Origin: Psilocybe cubensis
Lineage: Eukaryota
Direction of reading: 5' to 3'
Length of the DNA: 64,000 bases
Assembly (NCBI GenBank): GCA_017499595.2
Contig: CM039005.1
Span: forward strand, 1,922,001-1,986,000
The number at the start of each line of letters is the position of its first letter. Position 1 is the stretch's first letter. Below the pieces are notes generated by a model. It saw nothing but the letters and a program-made list of their open reading frames with translations. It ran no database searches and was not told where the DNA came from. This document shows positions 53,059-64,000 of the stretch, one piece after another. The position numbers were made by a program, and so were the translations under genes.

Positions 53059-55882
53059 GAAACTACGCCTTGACTTTCCGGACCATCCCGCGGACAAATT
53101 GTTGTGCCATTTTATCAGCAAATGATTTTTTATTTCTTCAAAGCACATATTAGCAATAAATAACAGAGACAACAAAAAACGATATGGTGATATATATCAG
53201 TGCTTGGATCGCTGTCCTGATCATATTGGCGGAGCCCTTGCCCTGGATCTTGGAGAAACCCGCCTAGTCATACCTGGTGATAACGGCAAACACCTGAGCT
53301 CCTCCTCCTGGTAGCTCCTGCTCTGCTCCAATATCCGTGTATGGTACTTTCTTCCAGGAGGGATTCGCATGTATTTGATTTTCATTGCCACACCACCTGT
53401 TTTGAGGATAAGGGGGTCTAAATTTTGTCTACGCCGCAGAAATATGCAGATCTAAAGTATGTATTTCGGAACGGAGTATATCGTTTTTTTGAACAACCCT
53501 TGACTTTGCCCGTAGCTCTGTTTTTCACATTTTCCGCCGCCGGGGCCTGGGGAACGATCGAATCTAGGTCAAATGGTCTAATTTTTGCGATCTCCTGAAA
53601 ACAAGAGCTGGAGAATGGGAGTCTGTTGTACTCCATGAGGAGAACACGACTCACTGCACTGTTCATGTAAAGGACTACAGTGACTTTATACGACATTTAG
53701 TCTAATAAAACCCCAAGGACATTTATAGAACTTGGCAGTGGACAGCGGCTTTGCCTCGTTTGTTCTTCGGCGACGATTTCTATTCTGGCGTGCCGCACCG
53801 AGGCACAGACTAGCTATTGAATTGCTCTTTGATGAAGTTGGGCATAGTCAAGAAGGATATATTTTGCTCTCCATATCTTTAGGCTGATCTGTGTAAAATT
53901 TTCCTGCGGCCATGGTTTGAAATTCACCCTCGATGTTCGCGGAAATTTGCCTCCGCCCCCAGCCAGTATGTGGTACTGACATCATAACACACTTGCGTGC
54001 CCTGAGCAATATATTATTGCTCGCATTGTAGCTGGGCAGCAGTCTGAGCACATCATTATTAATCTATCATTTTCCTCGGCCCCTCTCTGCGACCCCAACT
54101 GCCCATTACCCTTATCCGGATCAAAGACGCGGCACTGGGAGGTCATGCTGCCCTGCCTGCTACTACCTGCTCCTCCTTGCATCTATCCCAAATTGAAAAA
54201 GAGGCGTCATGTAAACATTCATAAAACATGAAAAAACGACACATTGAGCTATGTAATTAAATATCATCTACTTAAACAGATCTGCCGTGATATTCGGTTA
54301 GACCTGAATTGTCCCTTTCTGTATGTTCCTCATTGTCGGTCTGTACTTCGTGGTGCGCACTCAGGAGGGGACGTGTCCGATTAAGATACATCAGGTCGGC
54401 CTGTTCAATGGTATTCGGGACGCCCATACATGAGGATTTTCCCGATTAGTCTTGTGCGGAGAGTGATAAGCTGTGCACTTCCAGTACACTGCAAGTGTAG
54501 CTCGTACAGTGATACGAGACACGAGGATGATAGGTCTTATATATCGAAGAAGCAGAGCCTGAGATAGACATAAATGAGACTGACTACTAACGATGCGTTC
54601 ATTGTCTTGAGTGACAACTTCAATCCTATGTCTGCCAGTCATTCGCCGACATGCATCCGGCCGTTTCCCACCACTGACACAATGTTAATTGACTTCTGCC
54701 TGTTTACTGTAATCTATTGATAGTACGTTTTGTTTTAGAGCTGGCGTAAACTAAATAAAAAGTCTATTTTGACCTTTTGGCACTGGCATTGATATTGAGA
54801 CCCATCACCATCGTCTCTAACTGCCGTTGTCACCATCACATAACACGCGGCGATGTGCTCGTCCGGATACCTCAAGCAATTAGGTTCTTGATGGTACAAA
54901 ATTGAACAACAGCACGATGATATGACACCGCTCATAGAAATATGCGCCCCTCAGACTGAGATTAATACAGAATGCCACGTTCATACAAATGGCATTATAC
55001 CAAATCTCGTCGGGCAGCGAGGTCTGGCGAAGCACCGCCGCAGTCGTGAGGTTCACATCCAAAATGTACGTGGGGGTACAGAAGAAATTTATGAAGCCTC
55101 ACAGTTACGAGTCTGACGACCAACCTTCTCGCAGATTCCTGAAGGCGGTGAAAATTTTAATATACATTATCGCCGACATCGTGTTGTGGAATTGAAGTCC
55201 TCTCAAAGATAGTTCCCATTGGACGAGAAACGGCCATCGACAGAAGTAGGTCAGATTTCAGGGGGAGCGTGCAGGCGACCTCAGTTCTAACCCAAGGCAA
55301 GGATTTTCCAGGCCTAACCCTTGGGTTAGAAATAGGTCGGCTACAGGCAAGCCATGTTTATGCCAAAGGGTGTTCCTCGGATTTGCACTCCTTCTCAATG
55401 TCGTCCTTTCTGTCGGTGCAAGAAGGATGTGCCAGTTAAATGCAAATTTGTCTTTGTTGTGGGGTCATAATATGCACACGCTACCAGGCGTTCCGTGTTC
55501 CCATTGAGGCATCTGGAATGTGGTTTTGGCGCGTCTAAACGGGGTTCAGGAGGCATATAGAGAAACAAAGACGAGATCGGGCTTCCCACCTGCGCCTGGC
55601 GAGAGCTTGAACAAGACACATGTCACAAAATCACGCAAGGAAAATATGTGAATCCATAAATCTGGTCGTTGAAATCACGAAAACAAAGGAACGAGGATAA
55701 TTCACTCACATGAAACAGAAATACGAAATCGAGGACTTGCGGGTATGATTTCCTCGAAAACGTTCTGATGGTCTCAGGGGTTGTAGAGACGTATACAAGA
55801 CCAAATATAAGAGTACATCACATCCCTTTGGGGTGTGTATGGAATGTCTCGATAAACGATTTATAGGTATATTAGGAGATAT

Positions 55883-57738
55883 TCATTGCCTAATGGTCTT
55901 TGTAGCTGCTTCTTTGTCTGTCCTTCGTTCCTGGCGGTATGCAGACAGCTCCCTAAGCGCAGCTACAAGCAAGGGGATAAGGGCGCTGGCGAAAAGTGGA
56001 GCATATACTCCGTATTTATGCTCAGCGGGGAAGTAGAGCAGAGCTAACATTCCTGGGTTAAAAAATGCCCGAGAGGCAAGGACGAAGGATTCTGCTGAGT
56101 GGCTAAAAGCCTGATAGAGAGAGGTTGTCGAGGTTTCATACATCTAAAGTCCATAAAGTTAGAGCATGCATTAATTACGGTTCGTGAAACCTACCTTCGT
56201 CAACGCATCCAAGGCGTCTTCAACGTCACCTTTCACGTCTTCACCCACAGGCATATTTTCAATTTGGTCGACTAGCTTCACGATACTAAGAAGGGTGTCC
56301 TGGCTTCCTTGTGCGTTTTCCAAAACGCGACGACGAACAAGAGCATCTAGCTGCCAGTCCGAAAGGCCAGAAGTCCGTTTGGCCACGTTTGGGGGCAGCG
56401 ACGGAACTCCTAGAAGAGCAAGTAACTGATTTGTGAACACATAGAAGACGTCGTTAAGATCTTGTTGAGGTAATTCCTCTCCAGAAAATGAACCCAATTT
56501 TGGATTGTGAATGATGATGCCTCCCCATTGTGGGACTAAGAAGGCAGTAGAGGCAGATGCTGACCCTGTAGAATGTGGATTTGTGCCATCCCCTAAATGA
56601 TAAGAGAAAAAAACTCACCATCATTCCTTAATAACCTCAATGGGCGGTGGGCAACGGAAGGTATAAAAAGTATAAAGTGCAAAACAGGGTCATTGGAAGA
56701 ACTGGAAGCTGAAAGGCAAAGGGGAGTCAACAGATGAACAGAGCACGGTATAAGGATAATACATGAGCTCACATAAAGTCCAATCGGCAGAGTTTACGAA
56801 TACAGTCAAATCTTCGGGTGTTAAACCATGAGCTTGGTCGAGCTGACGTGGAGTGAATGCCAGAGGGGCATGGAACTGAACTTGACTTTCGATGGTGAAA
56901 TTATGAAGGGGGCTAAGACGATGTAAGATGGGATTGACATTTGCTGAAAAGCCATTAGGAATTGTGGTACAGAGGGTGACCTGACAAACCTTTCAGGCCA
57001 TCTTGAATCTTCCAATCAAGGATGGCGTTTCCGGCTGCTGCATCTTCGTTGAGCAGGCTGAATGCCAGTCTATAACGAGGTGAATATTGGGCGACACGGT
57101 GTTCGGGGTCATTGGAAGCGGAATATGGTGCGAGAAGCGAGGTAATCGTATGAGCGAGTTGGATGATGTCTACATTTTGGTGAATCATGGATCGCAATGA
57201 CTAACACTCATTACTTACAACTGGGCCCATTCAGTGGAGTATACAGACGTCGTCCCTGTATCCAGGACGGTCCAGACGTAGGAATTATTGTATATACATC
57301 GCTCTTATCTGACTCTCCTGCTGAAATATTACGGCATGTTGCAAGTTGAAGGGCGACCGACGCACCACAAGCAACTTTGCCCTCAACATTTACCAACAGA
57401 CCCTTCCATCGCTCTAACTCACGAGATATTTGTGTGGATAAGGTTTTTCGGACACTATTAGTTAGTTCCACGTCGGAGGTTTCAATACATAATGATATGG
57501 GAAGCTGGAGGTGGCTCTGAGCCAACTGGTGGACGCGACTAGATGGAAGAGACAGCCTCTGGATGCTAGTTGTGTACCACCAGGCAGGTAGAGCTAGGAT
57601 AATAACTGCACAGTATGCTAATACAATGGATCTGCGCAGTGGGATTGTCTGGGAGGAGAGGGTCGCCGGGTCGCGCAGCGAGGATGGTAGCTTCGAGTCT
57701 TGGTCGGCGTTTTTCGCGATGGGTGGAGGAGGATTCAT
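55883..57738 (-). CDS. GPI17: GPI transamidase component PIG-S/GPI17
   Basis: LPAWWYTTSIQRLSLP, QYSPRYRLAFSLL, PVLHFILFIP, FLVPQWGGI, AFFNPGMLALLYFPAEHKYGVYAPLF. Confidence 0.95.
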
Positions 57739-58051
57739 GAGCGCTTACCTAATATGAATTTGTCCGCAAATCAATAGGGACAAACATGTTTGGCACGCTG
57801 TTGATGTGTGGCTGGGTCATGCCTTCCGTCGATTCTCTTCACTGAGTCCCCTTCCTCTTCGTCTACCATTTCCCTTTCGACTTTATACGCCTTCCACAAA
57901 CTATAGGCTCTGGCTTGTGTGAAAATCCAGAGCCTACTGTTTCCTCTTTCTTTCAATCCATATTTCAATTTCCTTCAAGATTTGGTCACTGTGCTTGTCC
58001 AACTGGCGAATCTGCATTTCAGGGAAATCTTGAAAGTTTGGTTTGTTTCTG

Positions 58052-61000
58052 ATGTCTTCCGGAGGTTATGATGTGCCACACAATGCATCTGGTTTCTCTC
58101 GCTACGAACCACGAAGACCATCAGGACCTATGCAAGTGAGTTATAACATCCATTTTGACACGACGGCCCTAGCATTCCTAAATATCTCCATCATTCGACT
58201 CGATTCAGAGGTTGCCAATCCCCCCTCCGCGCAGAAGAACTCCTTCTCCACCTATAGGCTTGGCTCGTAGGCCATACGATAGTTACGTGCCTACGCGATC
58301 CGATGTCCCCTTCCGCGATTCCATGTCAAACGTCTATAGGCCAAATAGTTATCGTCCTGGGGATTATTCTTCTGCAAATTATTACAGTCGCTCTCCAAGT
58401 CCTGATGCATATGGCCACGCAAACTCGTCTCGAATATCTGAGCCTGAACCCTGGGACCGCGGATCCGGATGGCGCTCTGTGCCGGAGGCGCATAATATGT
58501 GGCCCGAACGAAAAATTATTCCGGCATCTCCTACCAATATCACAGGAAGGCCACTTAGAGATGAGTCCACTAGACTCTTTGAACCCTCTGATTCTTGGAA
58601 GCAATCTCACAACGAGCGTTCTTCGCGAAGTCACCCGTGAGTGGTTTCAAATCTTAGGTTCCAAGGTCTTCTCTTTTGAACCAAGTATCTAGTTCGCCAC
58701 CATCTGATCGGTATTTTGACCGTCGAAATAGGAATAGTATGGATGTTTCTCCTGAAAGGTCTATGAGAAACGACAGGTCCGCTCCATTTATCTCTGGTGG
58801 TGACCGATATAGGCCTGTTCCTAATAAGCGAGAGACCTTTCCTCCTGGGCGTTCTGATTATGATTCTTACCGCCCAACATATGAAAAGTACGATGGCTGG
58901 ACTCCTCCTTTCCGTCGAGAGCCTATAAGTCCTGTGGGAAGCCATAATCGAAGGGACTCTGGTTCTGTGCATGCTCGATCTTCTGACCGTTATGACTCGC
59001 CCTTTTCAAGTCGTGCTGTATCTCGAAGGACCTCACCTTCTCCGCGAACTGTTATTTCCCCAACTCCCCCTCCTCATTCGAACCCCAATAGCATTCCTCT
59101 GGAAGTAGATACCGAGCCTTGGACTCCACATCTTCAACCACCTGTGAGAGGTGAAGTTCCGACAAGAGCCCCTTCACGCTCTTCAATTGCTTCTACGCAG
59201 GTTTCAGATCACAGAAGTTCGCCAGCTCCTGTTGTTACTCCCCCGATCATTGCTGCTCAGACGTCATTTGGATCAGAAACTTCGAAAAACAGACCGCCTT
59301 TTGTGGGTGAGAAAATCTTAGGCATACAAGCCGAAGCGAAACCTGATCCGAAGGGCCCTCAGAATGCTATTTCTGAGCCATCTCGGGTACCTCCTACCGC
59401 CGAAGCAAAGCCGGTACCAAGGCTTGTGTCTCCTACTGTACAGAAATCTACAGCGAGTGTGCCTACAATACCGCAATCAAATGACGTTACTACGATCAAA
59501 CCCAGTTTGAGTATTACACGTAGGGCGCCATGTTTAATGTTGTGCTGTGCGTTGAGCTAAAATGACATTTGTTTTTCTAATCGCAGATTCACCTAGGCAG
59601 GAACCGACTACGATCACGGCGAGGATCGTCGAGAAGGATGCTGTCACCCCTGCAAATCATCCAAAGCCTGTGACAAATGGTGTTACTGCTCCTTCTCACA
59701 TCGCCTCACCATCACCTCCTCATGCCGTCGAGAAAACACCACCCGCTGTTTCCGTCCCTCTTAGTCCTGTCATTCCAGAAGCGCTTCATTCCCCTACAAC
59801 CGACTTTCCGGACATCGAGCAACCTGAACCTTCATACATACATAGTCCAGTTTTGAGTCCTCTCATCAGCCCTGCAGACATCCATATTCCATCGCCGATA
59901 CATTCCCCGATTCTCTCAGAGCCTGCAGCTATCGAAGGGCCTCATTCTCCAGTGATTCAAAAAATAATTCCAAGGCCTGATGAAATTCCCCCAATCACTG
60001 AAGCTAAATCCAAGGAGGAGGCGTTCCGTATTGTGGTCATGACACGTTTGCTCCTTGACCACCAGACGAGAGAAGAACGAGTTGCGCCTGTGCTCGCTGC
60101 CAATCTGGCGATTGCGAACCCTCCGGAAGCGCATCCTGTAGCTACTCCTGAATCACTGCTTGAATGGGCGAACAATGGACAAATGCGTCAAGATCAATTA
60201 AAGTCCTTTGTTCTCACAAGGCCGCGTCTGGTACAATACTTGCAGCAGAGGAATTCTGTAGTTGAGGACAAGATCACGCGTTTGAAATCCAAGTACGTTG
60301 AACTGCAGGAAAGCTGGCTCGCCCACTGTCATGCGTTGAATGAGCAACAGAAGACATTGGCGTCAGAGCATGAGAGTCAGCACGGCGGGCGGACGACGCG
60401 TCGGTCCACAGCTGATGCTGTGCGTTCTGATTTTGAGATGGAGCAGATCATTGCTAGTCTGGGTGTGGATGAGGCAACTGACCCAACCCATCTGTCGATG
60501 CGGAACGTGGCGACAATACCGGATATGATTTCGGTCACTCAGGGTAAAGTAGACTATCTTTTCGACGACTCATCGCACTTGGTAGAGAACCCAAGCGAGT
60601 ACTATGCGCCTCATACTGGGATCCACGACTGGACAGATGAAGAAAAGCAGATTTTCTTGGACAAGTTTGCGGCGCATCCCAAGCAGTTTGGGATTATCGC
60701 CGACTACATCCCCAACAAGACCGCCGCGCAATGTGTTGATTTTTATTACCTTCACAAGAAGCAAAAGATCGACTTTCGCAAGGTCGTTTCGTTGTTCGCG
60801 CCGAACAAGAGAAAGCGAAGAGGGATGGGCAGGAAAAAGGGAAATGGACTTTTGGTGGATATTGCAAAGCACGACATGGAGGTCAACCGTGGAAATGTGG
60901 CGGCTGCAGTCGCGGCTGCGACGCCTTCCGTTTCTACACGTGCTCCGAGAGGAAGGAGGCCTGCCGTCCAGCCCACCGAAGGAAGAAAATCGACTCGACG

Positions 61001-62806
61001 GAGTGCCGTTCAATTCGAGGATACGCCTACGAGTACACCGACCCCTGAACCAGAATCCAGGACCAGAAGACGAAGGGGCGCGAATGCTGCATCGAGTACG
61101 AGCGCTAGCGCGCCCACATCGGCAATTGCCTCTAATGTATCGACCATACCGGTTCCAACACCTGCGTCAACCGCCGCGCCCACACCTCGATCTGTGACAC
61201 CTGTTCAGGAATCGCCACCGAAACCCGCGACACCTCCTGCTGCACCACCCCCAAAACCTGCAACTCCTCCGCCACCATCACCACCACCACCTGCTGCGTC
61301 CCCAAAGCCTATCGCGGTGCCTGTCCCGGAACCTCCTCCACCTCCTCCAATTGTTACAGAACCCATTATTCAGCCTTCGCGACATTTCCATCCACCACCA
61401 CCGCCACCACTGCCTGTTGTAAGTTTGGGAAGTCATCTCATTATATCTCCCTAATTATGTCTAATTTCTGTAGGAACGCGAAGCGGATTCACGTCCGACC
61501 AAACGTGTTAAACGTACCAGGAAGATCAAGTCTGCAGCCACTGTATCTGATGATCTATCTTCACCTACCCTCGACGTGGATAAGGAGCTGCCTCCAACGG
61601 GGACTGAGGGCGATTCTTTCCGTAAAAAAGATAAAGTTGCAGCTCCGAACCAGTGGTCGGAGGAAGATAAAAGTTCGTTTATTCTTCCATTTGTTCAACG
61701 AGTTCCTGTCGTGACATCACATTATGTAGATCAATTCCTCTCTCTCTTGGCACAATATGGTGATGATTTCAAGCGCATCGCAGCTTCAATGCCGAATAAG
61801 GTTTGTTGGTCCGTGCGTTCGTTATCCTGAAAAGCTAAAATATTCGCAGACGACGATTCAAGTCAGCAACTATTACAAGATCAATGCAGTAGCATTAGAC
61901 CTTCAAAAGGTCGCTGCTAGAGCGCCCAAACGATCACCCACACCCGAACATCATGAAGTGTGGAAAGAACTTCCCCATTATCCCGGTTCGGGTGTCATTC
62001 ATCATGTTACGACGATGAAGCCGGTTTCATCTAGCGTTCTGTTGTCGGCCACACCTCCAATGTCATCTTTGTCGGGTGATCCTAACCGAAGCAGCTCTTC
62101 TAGCTATGCGCGAGATCCTGCGCGTCCGGGTTCGCCTCCTAGGAGTGCGTACCCTGCTATGTCTTCGGCGCATCCGTATTCGGATGCCCACCGTACTGCC
62201 TATCCTGGGCCAACTGCAACTACATATCCATACCCAACAGACCACCGAGGTGTGTATATATCCAGTAGGCCTCCGGACAGTACCTTCCGAGGCACCTCTA
62301 GCACTTCTTCGCCTACTCTTTCACGGTCGCCATATACAACGACCTACCCAGCATCGACATCTTCGGCATCTACTACGGTTACCACCAGTAGACCAGGATA
62401 TCCGGCAACGACGTCTGTTGGACCAGCCCCACCGTCTATTATACATTCACCGACTGGTATGAGCCCGCCAAAGCCGTTACCAGTACAGCCTATGCAGTCA
62501 TATCCCGCGCATCAAAGCGATCCAGCGCATCGTGCGCCGTATCTGACCTATCCGCAGCCGACTCATACGAGTGGGTATTGGACGACGCAGCCATATTATT
62601 TGGACCCTCGGGCGTCAGGCGCTGCGGATGCGAGTGGGAGGAGGGAACATCCGTATGCAATGTATCCGGCGATGAGCGGACCTCCTGCGTCGGGATCGAG
62701 GCCGCCCCACGGGTACCCAATGACAACGCCACCCGGACAACCGCCTGCCCCTGGAGGCAGGACTGCGTATTATTATCCTGGTACAGGATGGACATCATCA
62801 GGATGA
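58052..62806 (+). CDS. SNT1: SANT-domain N-CoR/SNT1-like HDAC complex scaffold
   Basis: DAVRSDFEMEQII, ATIPDM, SANT1 WTDEEKQIFLDKFAAHPKQFGIIA...CVDFYYLHK, SANT2 WSEEDK...FLSLLAQYGDDFKRIA. Confidence 0.88.
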
Positions 62807-63108
62807 GTTTCTTTTGATTCCTCTCTCTTTTGACTGTTGTTTTCGCATCTTTTTATTTACTTTATTGCATTGTTTGTTTTTCATCGTTTTGCTTCATGGT
62901 TTACATACATTAGTGGGGCCGAATATATTTTCACTCTTCAGGGTGTTAGACGATATAGTTTCTTTATGGAATTATTGGGATGGTGTAGGCAGATTCTGGT
63001 TAGGACCACTTGATACATTGACACATTAGATACAACACAATTTGAGTTGAAGGCCAGAGTTAGAAAGAACCTGGGTATTGATGTGCTCGCGGAATGATTT
63101 CCTGACAG

Positions 63109-63693
63109 TCAGCGACGACCTTCAACCATGATGATATGGTAGCCGAAGTTCGTTTTAACCAGGGACGAGATGATGGGTTTGTCGACAGTGGATGGTGTGA
63201 GAGCGAATGCAGCATCTTGGAAAGCCCCAACCATACTACCTCTTACCATCCATCCCAAGCTTCCTCCAGCTGTATCAAGACAATTAGGAGTAAAGTAAGG
63301 CTTATTGAATAAGTCATGTGTACCTTTGGCCTTGTCCTCCGAATATTCCTGCGCAACTTTGTTGAATGACTGGCCTTCCTATGACGAGGCGCCAGACAGT
63401 CAGACAGTGGTCCACCTATTCAGGATACACTAGATATATGCACTTGGATCTTTTGCAGAGCCTCCATTGCCTTAGAATGCTTCTCGCAAAGGATATGCCG
63501 CACGTTCACGGCGGTGGCTGCCTTCAATGCACCCTTTCCCTTAGTAGTCGAACTGTTTAAGCAAATTGAGGGTTTGAGACGTGAATAAACACGATACCTT
63601 GTCTCCGTCATCGGCTGCTTTACCCTTTCCTTTTTTGCCGTCTGCCTTGTCTACAGGCTTCTTGTCGGCAGATGCAGCACCTTTCTTCGCCAT
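63109..63693 (-). CDS. PIN4: Parvulin-type peptidyl-prolyl isomerase (Par14/PIN4)
   Basis: Lys-rich N-terminus, [58 protein letters not shown]. Confidence 0.95.
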
Positions 63694-63879
63694 AGTTCTG
63701 AGTCAAGGCAAGTGAGTCAAGGTTAACCAATGAAGTGGGACCGATTATGTACATTGACGATGTGGCTGTGCCGATTAAGTGCATGTGTGAAACTCAATTT
63801 TTTGACGTTAACTCTTGACGCTGTTATCACACTTCTTGTACAGATCCCTTTGCATTCTTTTCGGCGTCTACAGCACGAT

Positions 63880-64000
63880 ATGTCGTCAGACAAGATCACT
63901 CGTATCGCCATCGTCGATTCTAACCGGTGCAAACCCAAGCGATGTGCATTAGAGTGCAAGAAAGTATGTATCCTGCTTCATCACTGGAGATGCAACTAAC
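63880..64000 (+). CDS. RLI1: ABCE1/RLI1 Fe-S ABC ATPase (first exon; runs off the window)
   Basis: MSSDKITRIAIVDSNRCKPKRCALECKK followed by a GTATGT donor. Confidence 0.93.

Noticed and set aside
52100..55800. Possible degenerate protein-coding gene
   Set aside because: The short ORFs show no recognisable similarity and could not be spliced into a coherent model

Overview
Gene-dense, intron-rich fungal nuclear DNA. Short GT-AG introns with CTRAY branch points, microexons and the gene set point to an agaricomycete mushroom (inference). The left part holds a nuclear RNase P RNA gene (147-619), a RAD51C-like paralog with degenerate Walker motifs, a DUF6534-type membrane protein, an XPG/FEN1-family nuclease, a DAL5-type MFS permease, coatomer alpha and a C2H2 zinc-finger factor. 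A roughly 17-kb accessory-looking island (about 21.6-38.5 kb) follows. It contains two paralogous TPR genes flanking a frameshifted Old Yellow Enzyme gene, a tRNA-like element with an aberrant ATATATA loop, an inverted-repeat element, and an unrecognised membrane-protein gene built from duplicated exon-intron modules plus a decayed partial copy. The right part is conserved housekeeping: NAC-beta, a GNAT acetyltransferase, a coactosin-like protein, RRG9/neugrin, an atypical P450, a PAQR/IZH protein, a short PDK1-like kinase, FYV10/MAEA, PIG-S, SNT1, parvulin PIN4 and the start of RLI1. Gene spans include introns and were spliced by eye, so exon ends are approximate. No database searches were run.
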